A DNA stretch of 63,855 nucleotides, filler included, from Octopus bimaculoides (Eukaryota), in the NCBI RefSeq assembly GCF_001194135.2. It is 6 parts of 5 records of this genome, joined end to end, with 100 filler letters (N's around TTAATTAATTAA, not from the genome) between each part and the next. Parts side by side here need not be neighbours in the genome. Positions count along the whole stretch, not along the records: positions 19,526 to 40,976 come from NC_068983.1; 5 more parts are not named here. One strand, given 5' to 3'. Positions 24,280-37,425 of the stretch are shown here, in pieces (position 1 is the first letter of the stretch; each line of letters starts with the position of its first letter). The position numbers and the translations under genes were made by a program. Under the pieces are notes generated by a model, which did not search any database, was not told where the DNA came from, and saw nothing but the letters and a program-made list of their open reading frames with translations.

Positions 24280-24407
24280 ATGTGGTAAGAGTAGCTTGCT
24301 TACTAACCACATGGTTACGGGTTCAGTCCCACTGCGTGACACCTTGGCCAAGTGTCTTCTACTATAGCCTCGGGCCGACCAAAGGCTCGTGAGTGGATTT
24401 GGTAATG
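24280..24407 (+). mobile_element. SINE family A, 5' half
   Basis: gggttcagtcccactgcgtgacaccttggccaagtgtcttctactatagcc. Confidence 0.85.
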
Positions 24408-24474
24408 AATTTGATATGTATGCATGCATGCATGTATGTATGTATGTATGTATGTAGGTGCGTGCGTATTTTCG

Positions 24475-24652
24475 TCTCGCTTACGGTAAACGACTTCCAG
24501 GCCGAATTCTAAAAGCAGCAGGAACGCTGGAACCGGTACTTTGCTGCGCAAGGTGACTATTTCGAAAGAGATGATGTTAAGACTAAGGTAAATAAGTAAT
24601 TTTTTATTAAACATAACTAGTCCAGCAATTCTTTGTCACCATCTCATATATA
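24475..24652 (+). mobile_element. mariner transposase 3' end with right terminus
   Basis: SLTVNDFQAEF*KQQERWNRYFAAQGDYFERD resembles the mariner C-terminus WQERWxKCIxxQGDYFE; ends in a TIR-like sequence followed by TA. Confidence 0.65.
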
Positions 24653-24659
24653 GAGGTAG

Positions 24660-25370
24660 CATATAAACTATACATTGGTTTGCACTGCATCTGCAGAATA
24701 AATTAAATGTGCCCTAAAGAAAATTTCTATCAATATATTGTGAGTTTTTTTTAATTCTTAACACACAGGAAAGGGATGTTTTTCTGGACAAAAACCACAG
24801 CTTCTGGCGTTTCAACTAAATACATACATTAAATATGTTGTTTGATATATTATTTTGACAATTAGTTCAGCGTTTAATGCTATGCTTTACGGAGCTTTTC
24901 AGTTTCTATTCATCTATTTTATAATTTGTATTTGATTCATATAATATACTACGTGTGCTTTGTGCGTTTTAATAGATCTAATGTCTGATGTATTTTACTG
25001 TATTGTGCTATGACTCGGTGTATTAGTTTGTTAGAATTCGTGTTTGTTATATTCTCTGGATTACTTTAACAAATGTTTCGTTTACAGAGGAGAATGTCAA
25101 TGCTCTACTGACAGGTTTTACCATCGATATTTTGTATTTGCGTGAATATTCGCCATCTCCGTAGAAGTATATGCAGTTCTTGTATATTTCGTGTAAACGA
25201 ATATGATGTAGCAGTTGTTTTTCTTTTATTTGAATGTCTATGTCTAGAAAATGGAGTTATTGTAATGGATTTATATGTACTCTACTGAATTCTAATACTG
25301 GGTTGTTTTCCAAGTCTTTTTCTCATCTTACAAAATCTTCTAATGTATCTATTACGGCGAGTTTAGCATA
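24660..25370 (-). mobile_element. Penelope-like element fragment (RT thumb to GIY-YIG start), decayed
   Basis: Reverse complement gives LHFLDIDIQIKEKQL...YSRKYKISMVKPVSRALTFSS and HPFPVC..LK motifs. Confidence 0.6.
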
Positions 25371-25719
25371 CATATAACTATAAGCACACACAACACAAGC
25401 ACATATACATGTATATGTGTCCATGTGTATGTGTGTGCGTGTATATGTGTGCTTGTGCGTTTTTGTGAAGTATAAATATGAGGGATGTTGACCTTTGTAG
25501 GTTATCTAAAGTGATTGGCACTGCTTCAGTAGATGATCTTCTTTTATCTTTTACTCGGGAAAGAAAGACGGTGCATAACCCATTACAGAGCCTCCGAGTT
25601 TGATGGGAGAGAGGAGAGTATTCTCAAACTGGATACCTAAAACGAATGCTTGTAACAAAGTGGACTGAATTAAGGCAGGCAACAAGCCGGGCAGTAGTAA
25701 AACGGACACCAAGTAGACG

Positions 25720-25943
25720 ATAGCGGGATTTAAGTTCAGAACATAAAATGTCGGAACAAATGCCGTAAGGCATTCGGTCCGATGGTTTTACAGTTCTTCC
25801 AATCCACCGACTCGGATTGATAGTTGCTATCGACCTTCCAAGGGTGAAAGGAAGTCTGAACTCGGTAGGATTTGAACTCAGAGCGCATGGAGTTGGAATA
25901 AATATCACGAAGCATTCTGTCCGGCGCTCTAACGACTCTGCTA
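25720..25943 (-). mobile_element. Two degenerate SINE family B heads
   Basis: atttgaactcagagc...gcattctgtccggcgctctaacgactctgc on the plus strand is the reverse complement of the family B head. Confidence 0.6.
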
Positions 25944-26054
25944 ATCCGTACTCACTCTACATTTTGTATGTGTGACGCACTGGATTCGTTTTGTTCTGTC
26001 CAGAGCCGCGTTGTCTAAGGAGCTGATAATACTTTCATCCCGTTTCATACACAT

Positions 26055-26169
26055 TCTTCTTCTTCTTCTTCTTCTTCTTCTTCTTCTTCTTCTTCTTCTT
26101 CTTCTTCTTCTTCTTCTTCTTCTTCTTCTTCTTCTTCTTCTTCTTCTTCTTCTTCTTCTTCTTCTTCTT

Positions 26170-26197
<28 letters not shown>
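26055..26197. repeat. (TTC)n microsatellite, tail of repeat X
   Basis: About 48 perfect units. Confidence 0.95.
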
Positions 26198-26199
<2 letters not shown>

Positions 26200-26200
<1 letters not shown>

Positions 26201-26698
26201 AGAGACAGCATTGCATGCCAATAAATTGACACTTGAGTAAAATATACGAAGCTCAGTATACCCATCATGGCTACCCGTCTGATAAGGTTACTCCAGGCAC
26301 ACGTATCACAACCATATGTGCGCGACATGGTGATTTCATATCAAGATAAACAGCGCATGACCTTGCGGGTGGGGCCCAGTTAGCATTTTCGAGTAACCTA
26401 ACCCGCTCAAAAGGTCCCTGAACGAAACGCCCATCTTTCCAGAGGTAAATTATTCAAACTCCAAAGGATTCCTCTCAACACATGGCTATGACGCTCCCCC
26501 AGTATTTCTGCTTATGATCAGAGATGCATATACTGTCAGCCATCAAGGGACATGCTCAAATGGTTAAAGTCAACTGACAAGCAAATCTGTGGTATTGAGT
26601 AGAATGTTTGTAGCACCCGAACTCTTATACCAAGACAAAACATGTACATGATATCACTTCCAATCAGATGAGATCAGAAGCCCTGAGAGCCATCCATG
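26200..26698 (-). mobile_element. Dispersed repeat X, second copy, (GAA)n tail
   Basis: Homologous to 12105-12605 and extends about 60 bp further 5'. Confidence 0.7.
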
Positions 26699-26699
26699 C

Positions 26700-26744
<45 letters not shown>

Positions 26745-27227
26745 GGGCTAAAGTCGGACACTTTCCTCTTTGGCCAAGGCCTCATCAACTTTTTCAAGTT
26801 CCACTTGAAAAGGAAGATGAGAGTAGAGAGGGAAGTGCTGTCTCATAGCAAATTTGTCGAAAGATGGGTGTCTGTTGGAAGAATGGCCAGTATAAACGGA
26901 CCAATTCTGAGAATACACCTATAGAAAAAAAAAAAAAGGTAATGTAAAAGGAGAAAGGGCTCTATATCCCTTTCTTATTTTTCTGACCAGGCTCCCGTGG
27001 TTTTATGAGTTTTTCCACGTGTAACCTTTCCTTTTTCGAAGTGCCTCCCCTTTTGGGAGTTCTATTTATTTATTTATCTATTTATTTGTTATATCTTTCT
27101 CCGTTTTCTTCCTCTGTTTAGACGAACTTTCCTACCTTTTCGGACAAAACCTTTTGTAGCCTTCGTCCTGTCTTTGTCCTTACATGTTTTTAATTGATAT
27201 TAGCCCTTGTGGCCAATAAAACGAATT
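26745..27227 (+). mobile_element. Tx1/L1-like LINE 3' end (ORF2 C-terminus and 3' UTR)
   Basis: GQGLINFFKFHLKRKMRVEREVLSHSKFVERWVSVGRMASINGPILRIHL* (stop 26922-26924), T-rich UTR, AATAAA, (ATT)n. Confidence 0.7.
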
Positions 27228-27228
27228 A

Positions 27229-27263
<35 letters not shown>

Positions 27264-27264
<1 letters not shown>

Positions 27265-30200
27265 TTCTTTCGCATCTTCATTCAATTCTGTTTCCATTTC
27301 TTGCCGAGTGTCTTCCTGACATCTAGGACAAGAAACGTACTGTATACATTGGTAGGTTATTAAAATAAACACACTAGATTGTTCATTTATAAAGTCATGT
27401 GGCAGTGAAGAAAGGGAAGACAGAAAGTAAACGGAAAAAATGAAAAAAATAAGTAAACAAATAAAGGGGGGGGGATTCACAGCGACAATGTACATCTCAG
27501 TACGTGTGATGTACCAGTTAAGACAATCTCTTGCACTTCCTGAATGGATGGTAAGCCAGGGATTATTCTTAAATAAGTTTCAGTTCCTTTTTTGATCATT
27601 TCAAGTGCTCCTACAGTCACTGGTATTGTAACCATCTTGAGATGCCACAACTTTTCAACTTTCATTAGCAGATCTTTATATTTTCTGAGCTTATCAAATT
27701 CTTTTGCTGAGATATTATAGTCACAGGGTATGCTCATGTCGATCAAATAAGAGACTTTATTGTTTTGGTCTTTCACAGTAATATCTGGTCTATTTGCTTT
27801 AATGGCCCGGTCTGTACGTACTGGGAAGTCCCAAAGAAAAGTTACATTTCCTCCCTCAGTTACAGCCTCAGGATGGTGCTTGTACCATTTGTCAGCAGTT
27901 TTGATTTTATAATGCCAATACATTATCCAATGTAGATATTGACCAACTCTGTCATGTCTGGATTTGTACTCTACATGTGCTAAAACCTTACATCCAGAGA
28001 TTAGATGGTCAACTGTTTTCACTCCATCGTTGCAATATCGGCATTTTGGGTCTACACCATTTTTCATCACATTGGCTTGATAGTTCTGTGTCAATAAGCT
28101 CTGATCTTGGGCAGCCAGGATAAAGCCTTCACTCTCTGCCTTTAGCCCTGAGTTCTGTAGTAACTGAAGGGTGTGCTTCTGGTCTACATGAGCTTGTTTG
28201 CTACGGGCCACATATTTGCCATGTAGAGGTTTTTGTTCCCTCCTATCAGCCAATTGTTCAAATGCATTTTACTTTGCTATTGATTTCACCTTCTTTGCTG
28301 CACTTCCATCATGCTGTTCAACCTGAGTATTATGAATAAACTCACTTGAAATTTATTTTGCTCTCCTTCATAACAGAATGAATCTTCTTACGTCTTCCAT
28401 GGTTTTCAACGAGCTTTAGCATCCTGTCATTAGATGTTTCAAGATATTTTGCCAGTCCAGTTGTGGTGGTTTTGTAGATTTCAAATTGGATCAAGCCTCG
28501 AGCTCCTTGAGTTCTGGGTAGATAAAGACGATCTGCGTCTGCCTTTGGATGGTGCATCTTATTGCAAGTCAGCAGGTTTTAGGACTGCTCGAACTCTCCT
28601 GTAACACCCGTTCCTGATCTTCTCTTTCATACTTGCATGCTGAATGCCAGAGCCCTCATTTATTCCGAGGTATTTGTAAGTTTGTTCCTGCTCGAGTTCT
28701 TTTATGACTGTGTCAACATCCAACACCACTGAATGTGAGGTTTTCCATTTCCCTTTCTGGAAAGTGGCCTTGGCTAATTTATCAAAGCCAAATTCCATCC
28801 CGATGTCATCACTGAATGCTTTCACAGTACGTAGTAGTCCTTCAAGCTCACTATCGTCTTTGCTATAGAGTTTTAAGTCATTCATATAGAATAGATGACT
28901 TATTTTTTTGTTCGCCAATATTTTATATCCATACCTTGTTCTGTTAAGTTCGCTGGTAAGATGTATTAGGGCAATGCAGAAAATTAAAGGTGAAAGTGAA
29001 TCACTTTGGAAAATACCGCAGTTGATATCAATATTTTTAGTGGTCGATACTCCATGAGAGTGGTACAATTGGAGATTCGTATTCCCCATTGACATCACAG
29101 GTGAAATTTTGAAGATATCCAGTGATTTCAAAATCCATGAATGTGGTATGCTGTCGAAGGCCTTTTTATAATCAATCTATGTAGACCTGAGATTTCTGCG
29201 TTTGGTATGACAGTTCTTAAGGATCATGCGATTGATTAAGAGTTGGTCTTTGCATCCATATGAGCCTCGTTGGCGCCCTTTCTGTTCAGTAGGGAAAATA
29301 TCCGTTCTGTTCCATAAATTTGTGTTTTCTCCACGAGAATGGATGTTGAAATTTTATATTTGGTAGATAGACATGTTATGAGCCGTCAATTTTGGGGAAC
29401 TTTGGTTTCATTATTCTTCGGGAGTAGGTAAGTAATACCACTTGCTAACCAATCAGGTGTTTTCGTAGGATCTCTCATAATTTCATTGAATAACTGGACT
29501 AAATTTTCGAGTGCACACGGGAGCGAGGCGAGCCAGAAATTTGGCGCCCTATCATTACCAGGGGATTTCCACTTATGAACCTTCGTGTGTGTCATCTTTA
29601 GGTCTGCTATTGTGATGTTTTCCTATGCTTGTTCTGGTAAGTTTTGGTAGGATCCTTCTGTGCGTCTAATCCAGTCTGCCTTTTCATTGTAAGTCTTTTC
29701 ATCACTACAGATATTTTCCAGAAGTTTTCAACTTCTTCCATGGCAGAGAAGGTTGGGGAGTCTTCAACGGTTATTTTCTTCCTCCCTATTTCTCTGTAGA
29801 ATGTTTTCGCTTTCCATGTGAACAACTTATTTTGCTTGTAAAATTTGTTTCGCTTCTCAAATCTTCTTATACTTTGAGCTTTTGTTTGGACATTTTGTTG
29901 CAGTTTCTTTTGCGGAAAACAGTTCTTCTCTTCGTGAGAATCTGTTTTCTCTTCATCTTTCTTCCTTTTCTGATTTTTACATCGTTTCCACAGATTTGTT
30001 TATTCAATATTGATATTTCACCTCTCATTATTTCAATCCCTTTTTCAATATTACTTTTCCAGTTTAGAATTCTCCTCAGGTTTGCATTTCTTTGTTTTTT
30101 TCAGAGGCATATAACTGGTTTCAATTGTTTTAGCAGCTGCGTAGTTAATTTTATTTGATTCAGTGAGATCTGGTTTCAGTTCTTGTATAATTCCCTTTGT

Positions 30201-30780
30201 TACATAGTTTCCAATTTTAATTTGTTTTCTATTTTGGATTGTATTTGAAGTGGTTCTCTATCATGCATATTGGTGTGTCCGACAACTGCAAGCTTATTCA
30301 GGATTTTCTGCATCAGTTCTATCATAGACTCTCTACGTTCTTCAGTAAATGTGTAGTCTTCAAATATTGTTTCTTTACCACTTTCCTCGCTATCTTTACC
30401 AGGTTCATCACAATTTACTTCTCCAGAAGTTTGCGTGTTCTCGTCAGATGGTAGTCTTTCAACTGAGACTCGTAGAGAGTTGCTCTCTTCGTCTGGTTCT
30501 TAAATTCCTTCCTGTCTTATATTTAGGTAAATTTCTACTGCGTGCTTGATCGCGGTTATTTTACTATCTGTCAGTCTTTTATTTCTGAAGATATCCCTCC
30601 TAACATTTGCTAACTTGTTTTCGTCTCAATATAGACTGCTGTCTTGATTTCGTGTTCTCCATATTTCATAAGAGTCTGCAGTATGCTTCTCTTCAGATAG
30701 CCTGCCTAATGTATAGTAATAGGCGTATATTGTGTATAATCATCTCGCAGACATTTAATCCTCTTAAATTTTTTTCTTTC
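27264..30780 (-). mobile_element. R4/Dong-clade RLE non-LTR retrotransposon, near full length, multiply disrupted
   Basis: N-terminal EIW...NKLANVRRDIFRNKRL; RT motifs WKSPGND, GIFQSDSLSPLIFC, HLFYMNDLK; CCHC CRYC...DHLISGC; RLE NRPDI...LIDMSIP...KLRKYKDL (ORF 27477-28253); 3' end in (TAA)n. Confidence 0.92.
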
Positions 30781-31495
30781 TGTGATGGATGTGGTGGTGG
30801 ACTTGGAGGGCTTGAGCTGGGGCAGTTCCCGTTCAAGTGACCATCCAGGTTCGTATTCAGAGAAGTGTTTGTGCCAGTGGATGACTTTTCGACTCCGGAC
30901 TGGTGGGGGTGGAGTGTTGGTCATACTAAAAAGAAACAGGGTAGCCAAGAAAAGGTTGGTTTTTTTCTGACCTAGAAGACAGGTTGGTCGTTCTTGACCT
31001 TACATTCAGTTGTGGCAAGATAATCAGGCTAGTTGCTATTTATGTACCCAATATTATGGGTCCGCAAAGTGAATATTTTCGTGACCTGAGCAAGTTCCTG
31101 GCTACGTCGCATTCACTAGTATTGTTAGGAGCCTTTAACACAATACGTGACACTCACACAGATTGTGTTGGCTCGAACATGAACAGAAAATGTAACCCAA
31201 GCTTACGGGATCTGCTAAGTCACTTTCAGCTAGCAGATCCATATAGGTTGGAACACCCGAACACTCCACAGTGGACGTGGTCAAATAGTGACGGGTCTTC
31301 CAGAACATATCTAGATACGATTTTAATTAGAGAAACAGATAAGTCCGTAGTTAAATGTCCACAGTTTTGTCTAGTCAGCTACAGTGACCACAAGATGGTT
31401 ACCTGTAAAACTGACGGTAGATAAGTTGCCTAGTCAGAGATCTGGCTACTGGAAACTCAATACGTCCCTTTTGGCGATTGAGGAGTACAGAAAGG
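30781..31495 (+). mobile_element. Tx1/L1-like ORF2 AP-endonuclease fragment
   Basis: GGGVLV...RLVVLDL...AIYVPN...LGAFN...DPYRLEHP..PQWTW...RTYLD...SDHKMV...GYWKLNTSLL. Confidence 0.85.
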
Positions 31496-31529
31496 TTTAG
31501 CATATATATATATATATAAAGGGTAAAGG

Positions 31530-31709
31530 ATACGGCCATGCTGGGTCTCCACCTTGAGGAACTTTTAGTCAAATGTATTTATTCTGTCTTTTTTTTTAAA
31601 CCTGGCACTTACTCTATCGGATACTTTTGTTAAACTGCTTGGTTACGGGAACTTCAACACATCAACACCGGTTTTCAAGCGATTGAGCTGGGACAAAGTC
31701 AGACACGAA

Positions 31710-31778
<69 letters not shown>

Positions 31779-31929
31779 TTATATATGTATATACGACAGA
31801 CTTCATTCATTTTCCGTCTACCAAATCCGCTATAGTAGAAGACATTTGCTCAAAGTGCCACGCAATGGGATTGAATCTGAAACCATGTAGTTGGGAAGCA
31901 AGATTTGTACCATGCAGCCAGGCCTGCGT
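31530..31929 (-). mobile_element. SINE family A, degenerate full length with expanded (CA)n
   Basis: Family A head and tail motifs. Confidence 0.75.
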
Positions 31930-32706
31930 CTAGATAGATAGATAGATAGATGGATAGAGGATGGGACAACAAAGAAATAAGATATAGTATAGAGAGGAGA
32001 TAGGAGACAGAACTCTTGGAAGAGAGGTGAAATAGCAGACGGAATAGGTAAAAGAGAAAGAGCAAGAACAGGTGAGAGGAAGAGTGGGAGTGACATAAAA
32101 GAGAGGGTGTGTCTATGAAAGAGAGGTAGAAAGACATACAGAGAGGGAGTGAAGGAGAAAGGGGAGAGACAGTGAGGGATAGAGAGGTAGGTGTCGGCAT
32201 GTTCCATATTTGTTTAAGGTACGATAATTTCTTTTTAATTACACAGTAATCCGTTTGAAGTGTACCGACATGAAAAGCGGCTGACTGCGTCACCTCAGCC
32301 ACACCTCCCATTAGAATCAGCAACCCCCCACTGATCGCTCAACCGGTATTGGCGCCATCTCCTATCTCAATTAACAATAAATACATTTAAGAAAGAAACA
32401 AAAACAAAAATAATAAATGAATAAAAGAGGAATGAATGCATAAATAAAGTGAGAAACACGCCACCAGAGCCACTACCACACACATCATCATCATCATCAT
32501 CATCATCGGCAGCAGCAGCAGCAGCGCAACAACCACCACCACCATCACCACTGTCGCCATAACCGCCACCATTACTACCGCCACCGCTAGCCCCACATTA
32601 CTGCCACAAGCCCCACTACTGCCCCCGCTACTACTATCACCACCGCCAGCACCACCACCATCATTACCACTATCGTCGTTGCGGTTGTCCTCATCAGCAT
32701 CATCAG

Positions 32707-32743
<37 letters not shown>

Positions 32744-33125
32744 GTGAACCAGCTTGGAGACGTCAATGTGGTTACTTCAACTGGTAGAAATAACAGTCAA
32801 ATTATCTTCAGCTTCCATCGTACCTTCTTTAAAAAAAGCACATTGGACAACACAGTGATGAGATGGACATTGTATTTGTTAATCTTAATAGGAAATGTGC
32901 TGGGAATAAAATATCATCGTCGTCATCATCATCATCATCATTATCATCCTCATCATCATCATCATCCTTGTCGTCGTCGTCGTCGTTATTGTTACCACCA
33001 CCATCACCCAACCTACAAGAACCAGCCTTTTGGTACCGTGGCGTCAGATGTTCATACGCATTCTTGCACAGGAACCCACTAATTTGCAGTGCATCTCTCT
33101 CTCTCTCTCTCTGTCTCTGTCTCTG

Positions 33126-33201
<76 letters not shown>

Positions 33202-33629
33202 AAAATAAGCCACATCGACGTGCCAGAGGATGTTGAAAAAACACCATCAAGAGAGTTTTTAAACATACGCTACTGCTGCTATAAATGCGAAGTGAGAGCA
33301 AGAATGTGTTAAGTGCAGTGAATGTATTACTGTATATAAGCTTCTTCAATTTACTCATAGAGGCAGTGTGTGAAGAACTGCAGCGTGTGTTTCTAAGTAA
33401 GAGCTACCTTATTTCCTGGCATCGAGTTTACTTTTTCCGAAAATAAATCTCAAAGATTTACCGTGCATAGCTAGAGTAACGATTTCAAACTGACAGATTC
33501 TTAGGCCTCCCTAAAAGTATAAGTGAAATATTTTGGTAGCCTTCCCTCTGTCTTTATTGATGAGAAGAACAAATATGATTTGCATACAAATAAGTCTTCT
33601 TTATTTACTATGATGTTGGACAAGTTTTA

Positions 33630-34250
33630 AAAGGTCGTAAACCATGCTTCCCAACCACACGGTTACAGGTTCAGCACCACTGTATGGCACCTAAGGTAAG
33701 TGTCTTCTACAAAAGCCTCGTGCTGATCAAAGCCTTGTGAGTGGATTTAGTAGATGAAAACTGAAAGAAGACAGGTGCAGGAGTAGTTGTGTGATGTAAA
33801 TATTTAATCGATACAGCTACTTCACCCCTTTTATGTTTGTCCTTGTTCGTCCCCTCTTTGTAATGCCTTTATGGAAAATATTTATGAAATAAAGTAGCTT
33901 GCTTACCAACCACATGGCTCCGGGTTCAGTCCCACTGCGTGACACCTTGTGCAAATATCTTCTGCTATAGCCACGGGCCGACCAAAACCTTGTGAGTGGA
34001 TTTCGCAGAAGTAAACTGAAAGAAGCCCGTCGTATATATATGTTTGTGTGTCTGTGTTTGTCCCCCCACCACCATCACTTGACAACCGATCTTTGCGTGT
34101 TTAGTCCCCGTAACTTAGCGGTTCGGCAAAAGGAACCGATAGAATAAATACTAGGCTTACAAAGAATAAGTCCTGGTGTCGATTTGTTCGACTAAAGGCG
34201 GTGTTCCAGCATGGCCGCAGTCAAACGACTGAAACAAAGAAATAAGATAA
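33630..34250 (+). mobile_element. SINE family A: 5' fragment (33630-33790) and near-full copy (33890-34250)
   Basis: Family A motifs. Confidence 0.85.
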
Positions 34251-34789
34251 TATATGTGTANNNNNNNNNNNNNNNNNNNNNNNNNNNNNNNNNNNNNNNN
34301 NNNNNNNNNNNNNNNNNNNNNNNNNNNNNNNNNNNNNNNNNNNNNNNNNNNNNNNNNNNNNNNNNNNNNNNNNNNNNNNNNNNNNNNNNNNNNNNNNNNN
34401 NNNNNNNNNNNNNNNNNNNNNNNNNNNNNNNNNNNNNNNNNNNNNNNNNNNNNNNNNNNNNNNNNNNNNNNNNNNNNNNNNNNNNNNNNNNNNNNNNNNN
34501 NNNNNNNNNNNNNNNNNNNNNNNNNNNNNNNNNNNNNNNNNNNNNNNNNNNNNNNNNNNNNNNNNNNNNNNNNNNNNNNNNNNNNNNNNNNNNNNNNNNN
34601 NNNNNNNNNNNNNNNNNNNNNNNNNNNTGTATATATATGTATGTATGTATGTATATACGTTTATGAATTTGTTTTGTAAGATTTGTGATGTGAGATCGTG
34701 TGTTGAAACAGACAGTTATATTTCGGGACGGTCATTTTTCTTTTTCGTGCCAAATGAACCACACGCACAATATATTCGTTCTTCGTTTG

Positions 34790-34900
34790 TTTATAATTGT
34801 TCTTATTTTATGCCCATTGTCCGGATATCTTACGACACACGCCTGTGACATCTTAAGTGTCACTCCGTCCCACGTGTCTCCTCTTGTTCTGTTCAGTCCA
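34790..34900 (-). mobile_element. Penelope pLTR-like fragment with degenerate hammerhead core
   Basis: Homologous to 50040-50150 (attgttcttattttat..ccattgtc.gga.atctt...cctgtgac...tgttctgtt.agtcc). Confidence 0.55.
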
Positions 34901-35049
34901 TATATATATGTTTGTTTTTTTTGTTGTTCGAAAAAAAGTTCATTTTCTGTCTTCGTCTTTATGTTTTCGTTTCTCATTGTGTTTAACGTTTTTTGTGATG
35001 TCCTGTACCCATATATGCATGTATGTATACATATAGATATAGGTATGTG

Positions 35050-35175
35050 CATATATGTTCGACAAAAGACACCGATGGAATAAGAACTAGGCGTACAAAG
35101 AATAAGTCCTGGGGTCGATTTGTTTGACTAAAGGCGGATTTGTTTGACTAAAGGCGGATTTGTTCGACTAAAGGT
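35050..35175 (+). mobile_element. SINE family A fragment with 20-bp triplication gatttgtt(t/c)gactaaaggcg
   Basis: Directly visible. Confidence 0.75.
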
Positions 35176-35434
35176 AAAATATGGTAATTTTTCTGCCCTT
35201 GTTCAAACCTTAATTGTCAACCCAACCAAAGAGGATTGTTTCCTTCCGTGAGAAACAGTCTCAGAAGACAGAGGTTAGCTTTTTATTATTTTTATTTTTG
35301 ATAAGCCAATCCCTGAGGGAAGTTGTTTGTGCTAAACTTACAGTATCTTTATATTGCTTAAATTTTAAAAGAGATATTACAGAGTATAAAGTAAACTGAA
35401 GGATCTATAATATCGCTAAGTTATCTTGACAAAC

Positions 35435-35830
35435 ATATCTTTTTATCTTTTACTTCTTTCAGTCATTAGACTGCGGCCGTGCTGGGGCACCGCCTTCGAG
35501 GATTTTTAGTCGAATGAATGAGCCCCAGTACTTATTTTCTTTTAAAGCCTGGTACTTATTCTATCGGTCACTTTTGCTGAACCGCTAAGGGGACATAAAC
35601 ACACCAAGCGGTAGTGGGAGACATAGATAGGCACAAAGACACATACTCATAGATACATATATACATATATACGACGAGTTTCTTTCAGTTTCCGACTGCC
35701 ACATCTACTCTCAAGGCTTTGGTCGGCCAGAGGCTATAGCAGAAGACATTTGCCCAAAGTGCCGCGCAGTGGGACTGAATTCGGAATCATGTGGTTGGAA
35801 AGCAAGTTTCTTACCACACAGCCACGCTTG
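35435..35830 (-). mobile_element. SINE family A, full length
   Basis: Family A motifs. Confidence 0.85.
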
Positions 35831-37045
35831 CGCAGTGAAATTGCTGAGATCTTGCTTTCATGTTTATCGCTTGTAAAATTTTAAAGTCAAACTTTGACTG
35901 TGTGTTCGAGATTGGAGCGTCCATGACACCTGGAATTATGGTATGTAGAGTTATGGACAGAAAACAATGTGTTGAGAAATATACGCACAGAAAAAAAAAA
36001 AGAAATTTCAGCCGGGGCTTGACCTTACATTTCACCCTCATTAAGCTAGTGTTGTAAAGTAAGCAACTCAGTTAACTTCATACAAAGTAGAATGAACATC
36101 ACTACACATCCTCCCCACTTGACTTGTATGTCTAGCGTGTGACTAGTGTGTCTAGCGAGATATACTAGTCAATTGGAGACTATGTACATAGGGATTAATG
36201 GTGAGACATGTGACTGCAATTAAGTTCTATTAAAGAGAATAAAGTATAAGAGAAGTCTCAGTGAGCATGATGTTAAACAGTTAAGACGTCGGTAAGGACA
36301 AAGGCTAACTACATCAACTGTATAAATATATAAATCACCCGTTTCTGTAAGTTGCCGCAAATCACAGCATGAACACTTCTGATGTATTTAATTCAAAGTG
36401 GCAGCAGTATTATGGTAGAATTAGTAGAGCGTCAGACAAAATGATTTGAGCTCGAATGATGTGAAACAACTTTGCAGTCTATCTTTTCGTGGGGAGATAA
36501 AATAATTCCAGCATCATCACAAGCACGAGTCAAGTACTGAGTCATTTAAACAGATGCATCTTTTCCAAGACATTTGTGATCCTGTACAAATATTATAAAT
36601 AAGTATCATATGAAAAATAGAACAGACAAGAACATGATAGTTGGTATTCCTGTATGAGTATGTTCTTCATATCGGGTCATTGATCACTTTGAGTTGCTTC
36701 TATTGACTCATTTTTCTTTAATCTATGCAAATTACTGAGGCCATAAATGTGTTGTATTCTTTTTGTATATTTATGTCCTACGACTGTTGCAGACAGGTTA
36801 GGATGATTGTCGTTCTGATGGCTCCTGATGATGTAAAAATCTGTCATCTTATCTCCGGCTAATAAGCTTTCCTTTTCTAGAAGGTGGAGATAATTTTCAT
36901 AAACCAAGAATTTATGTTGCACTGTACTTGATATACCTGTATTTGTCTGAACATGTGGACTTAACCCATGTGCACTTTTTTCCTGGGTCTTTTCCGTCTT
37001 TGAACCACTTTTCTCCTCTTCTTCGTTTTTTACGCCGACTTTCTT

Positions 37046-37086
37046 CTTGTACTTGACAGAGGACTCTATTCGAAACGTTGTACAAG
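37046..37086 (+). ncRNA. Degenerate type I minimal hammerhead-like motif
   Basis: Stem I CTTGTAC/GTACAAG, core TTGACAG (non-canonical), GAAA, palindromic stem III ACGT, GUU site. Confidence 0.35.
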
Positions 37087-37219
37087 ACTGAGTCAAAAGT
37101 CTTTTCGAAGTTTCTCCGATGAGTTTTCGCAACTTTTATCTCCCTGTTATATCATTAAATTGATACAACTTGTCCAATCGTTACTGAATTGTTTATCCTA
37201 TATTTTCATATATAATATA

Positions 37220-37425
37220 CTCTTTTACTCTTTTACTTGTTTCAGTCATTTGACTGCGGCCATGCTGGAGCACCGCCTTTAGTCGAGCAAATCGACCCCA
37301 GGACTTATTCTTTGTAAGCCTAGTACTTATTCTATCAGTCTCTTTAGCCGAACCGCTAAGTTATGGGGACGTAAGCACACCAGCATCGGTTGTCAAGCGA
37401 TGTTGGGGGGGACACAGACACACAC
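37220..37425 (-). mobile_element. SINE family A, 3' half (a 5' half lies at 37960-38148)
   Basis: Close match to the family A tail. Confidence 0.9.

Noticed and set aside
36677-37132. 151-aa minus-strand ORF as a gene or GIY-YIG domain
   Set aside because: No clear catalytic motifs; probably a chance ORF across Penelope-derived sequence
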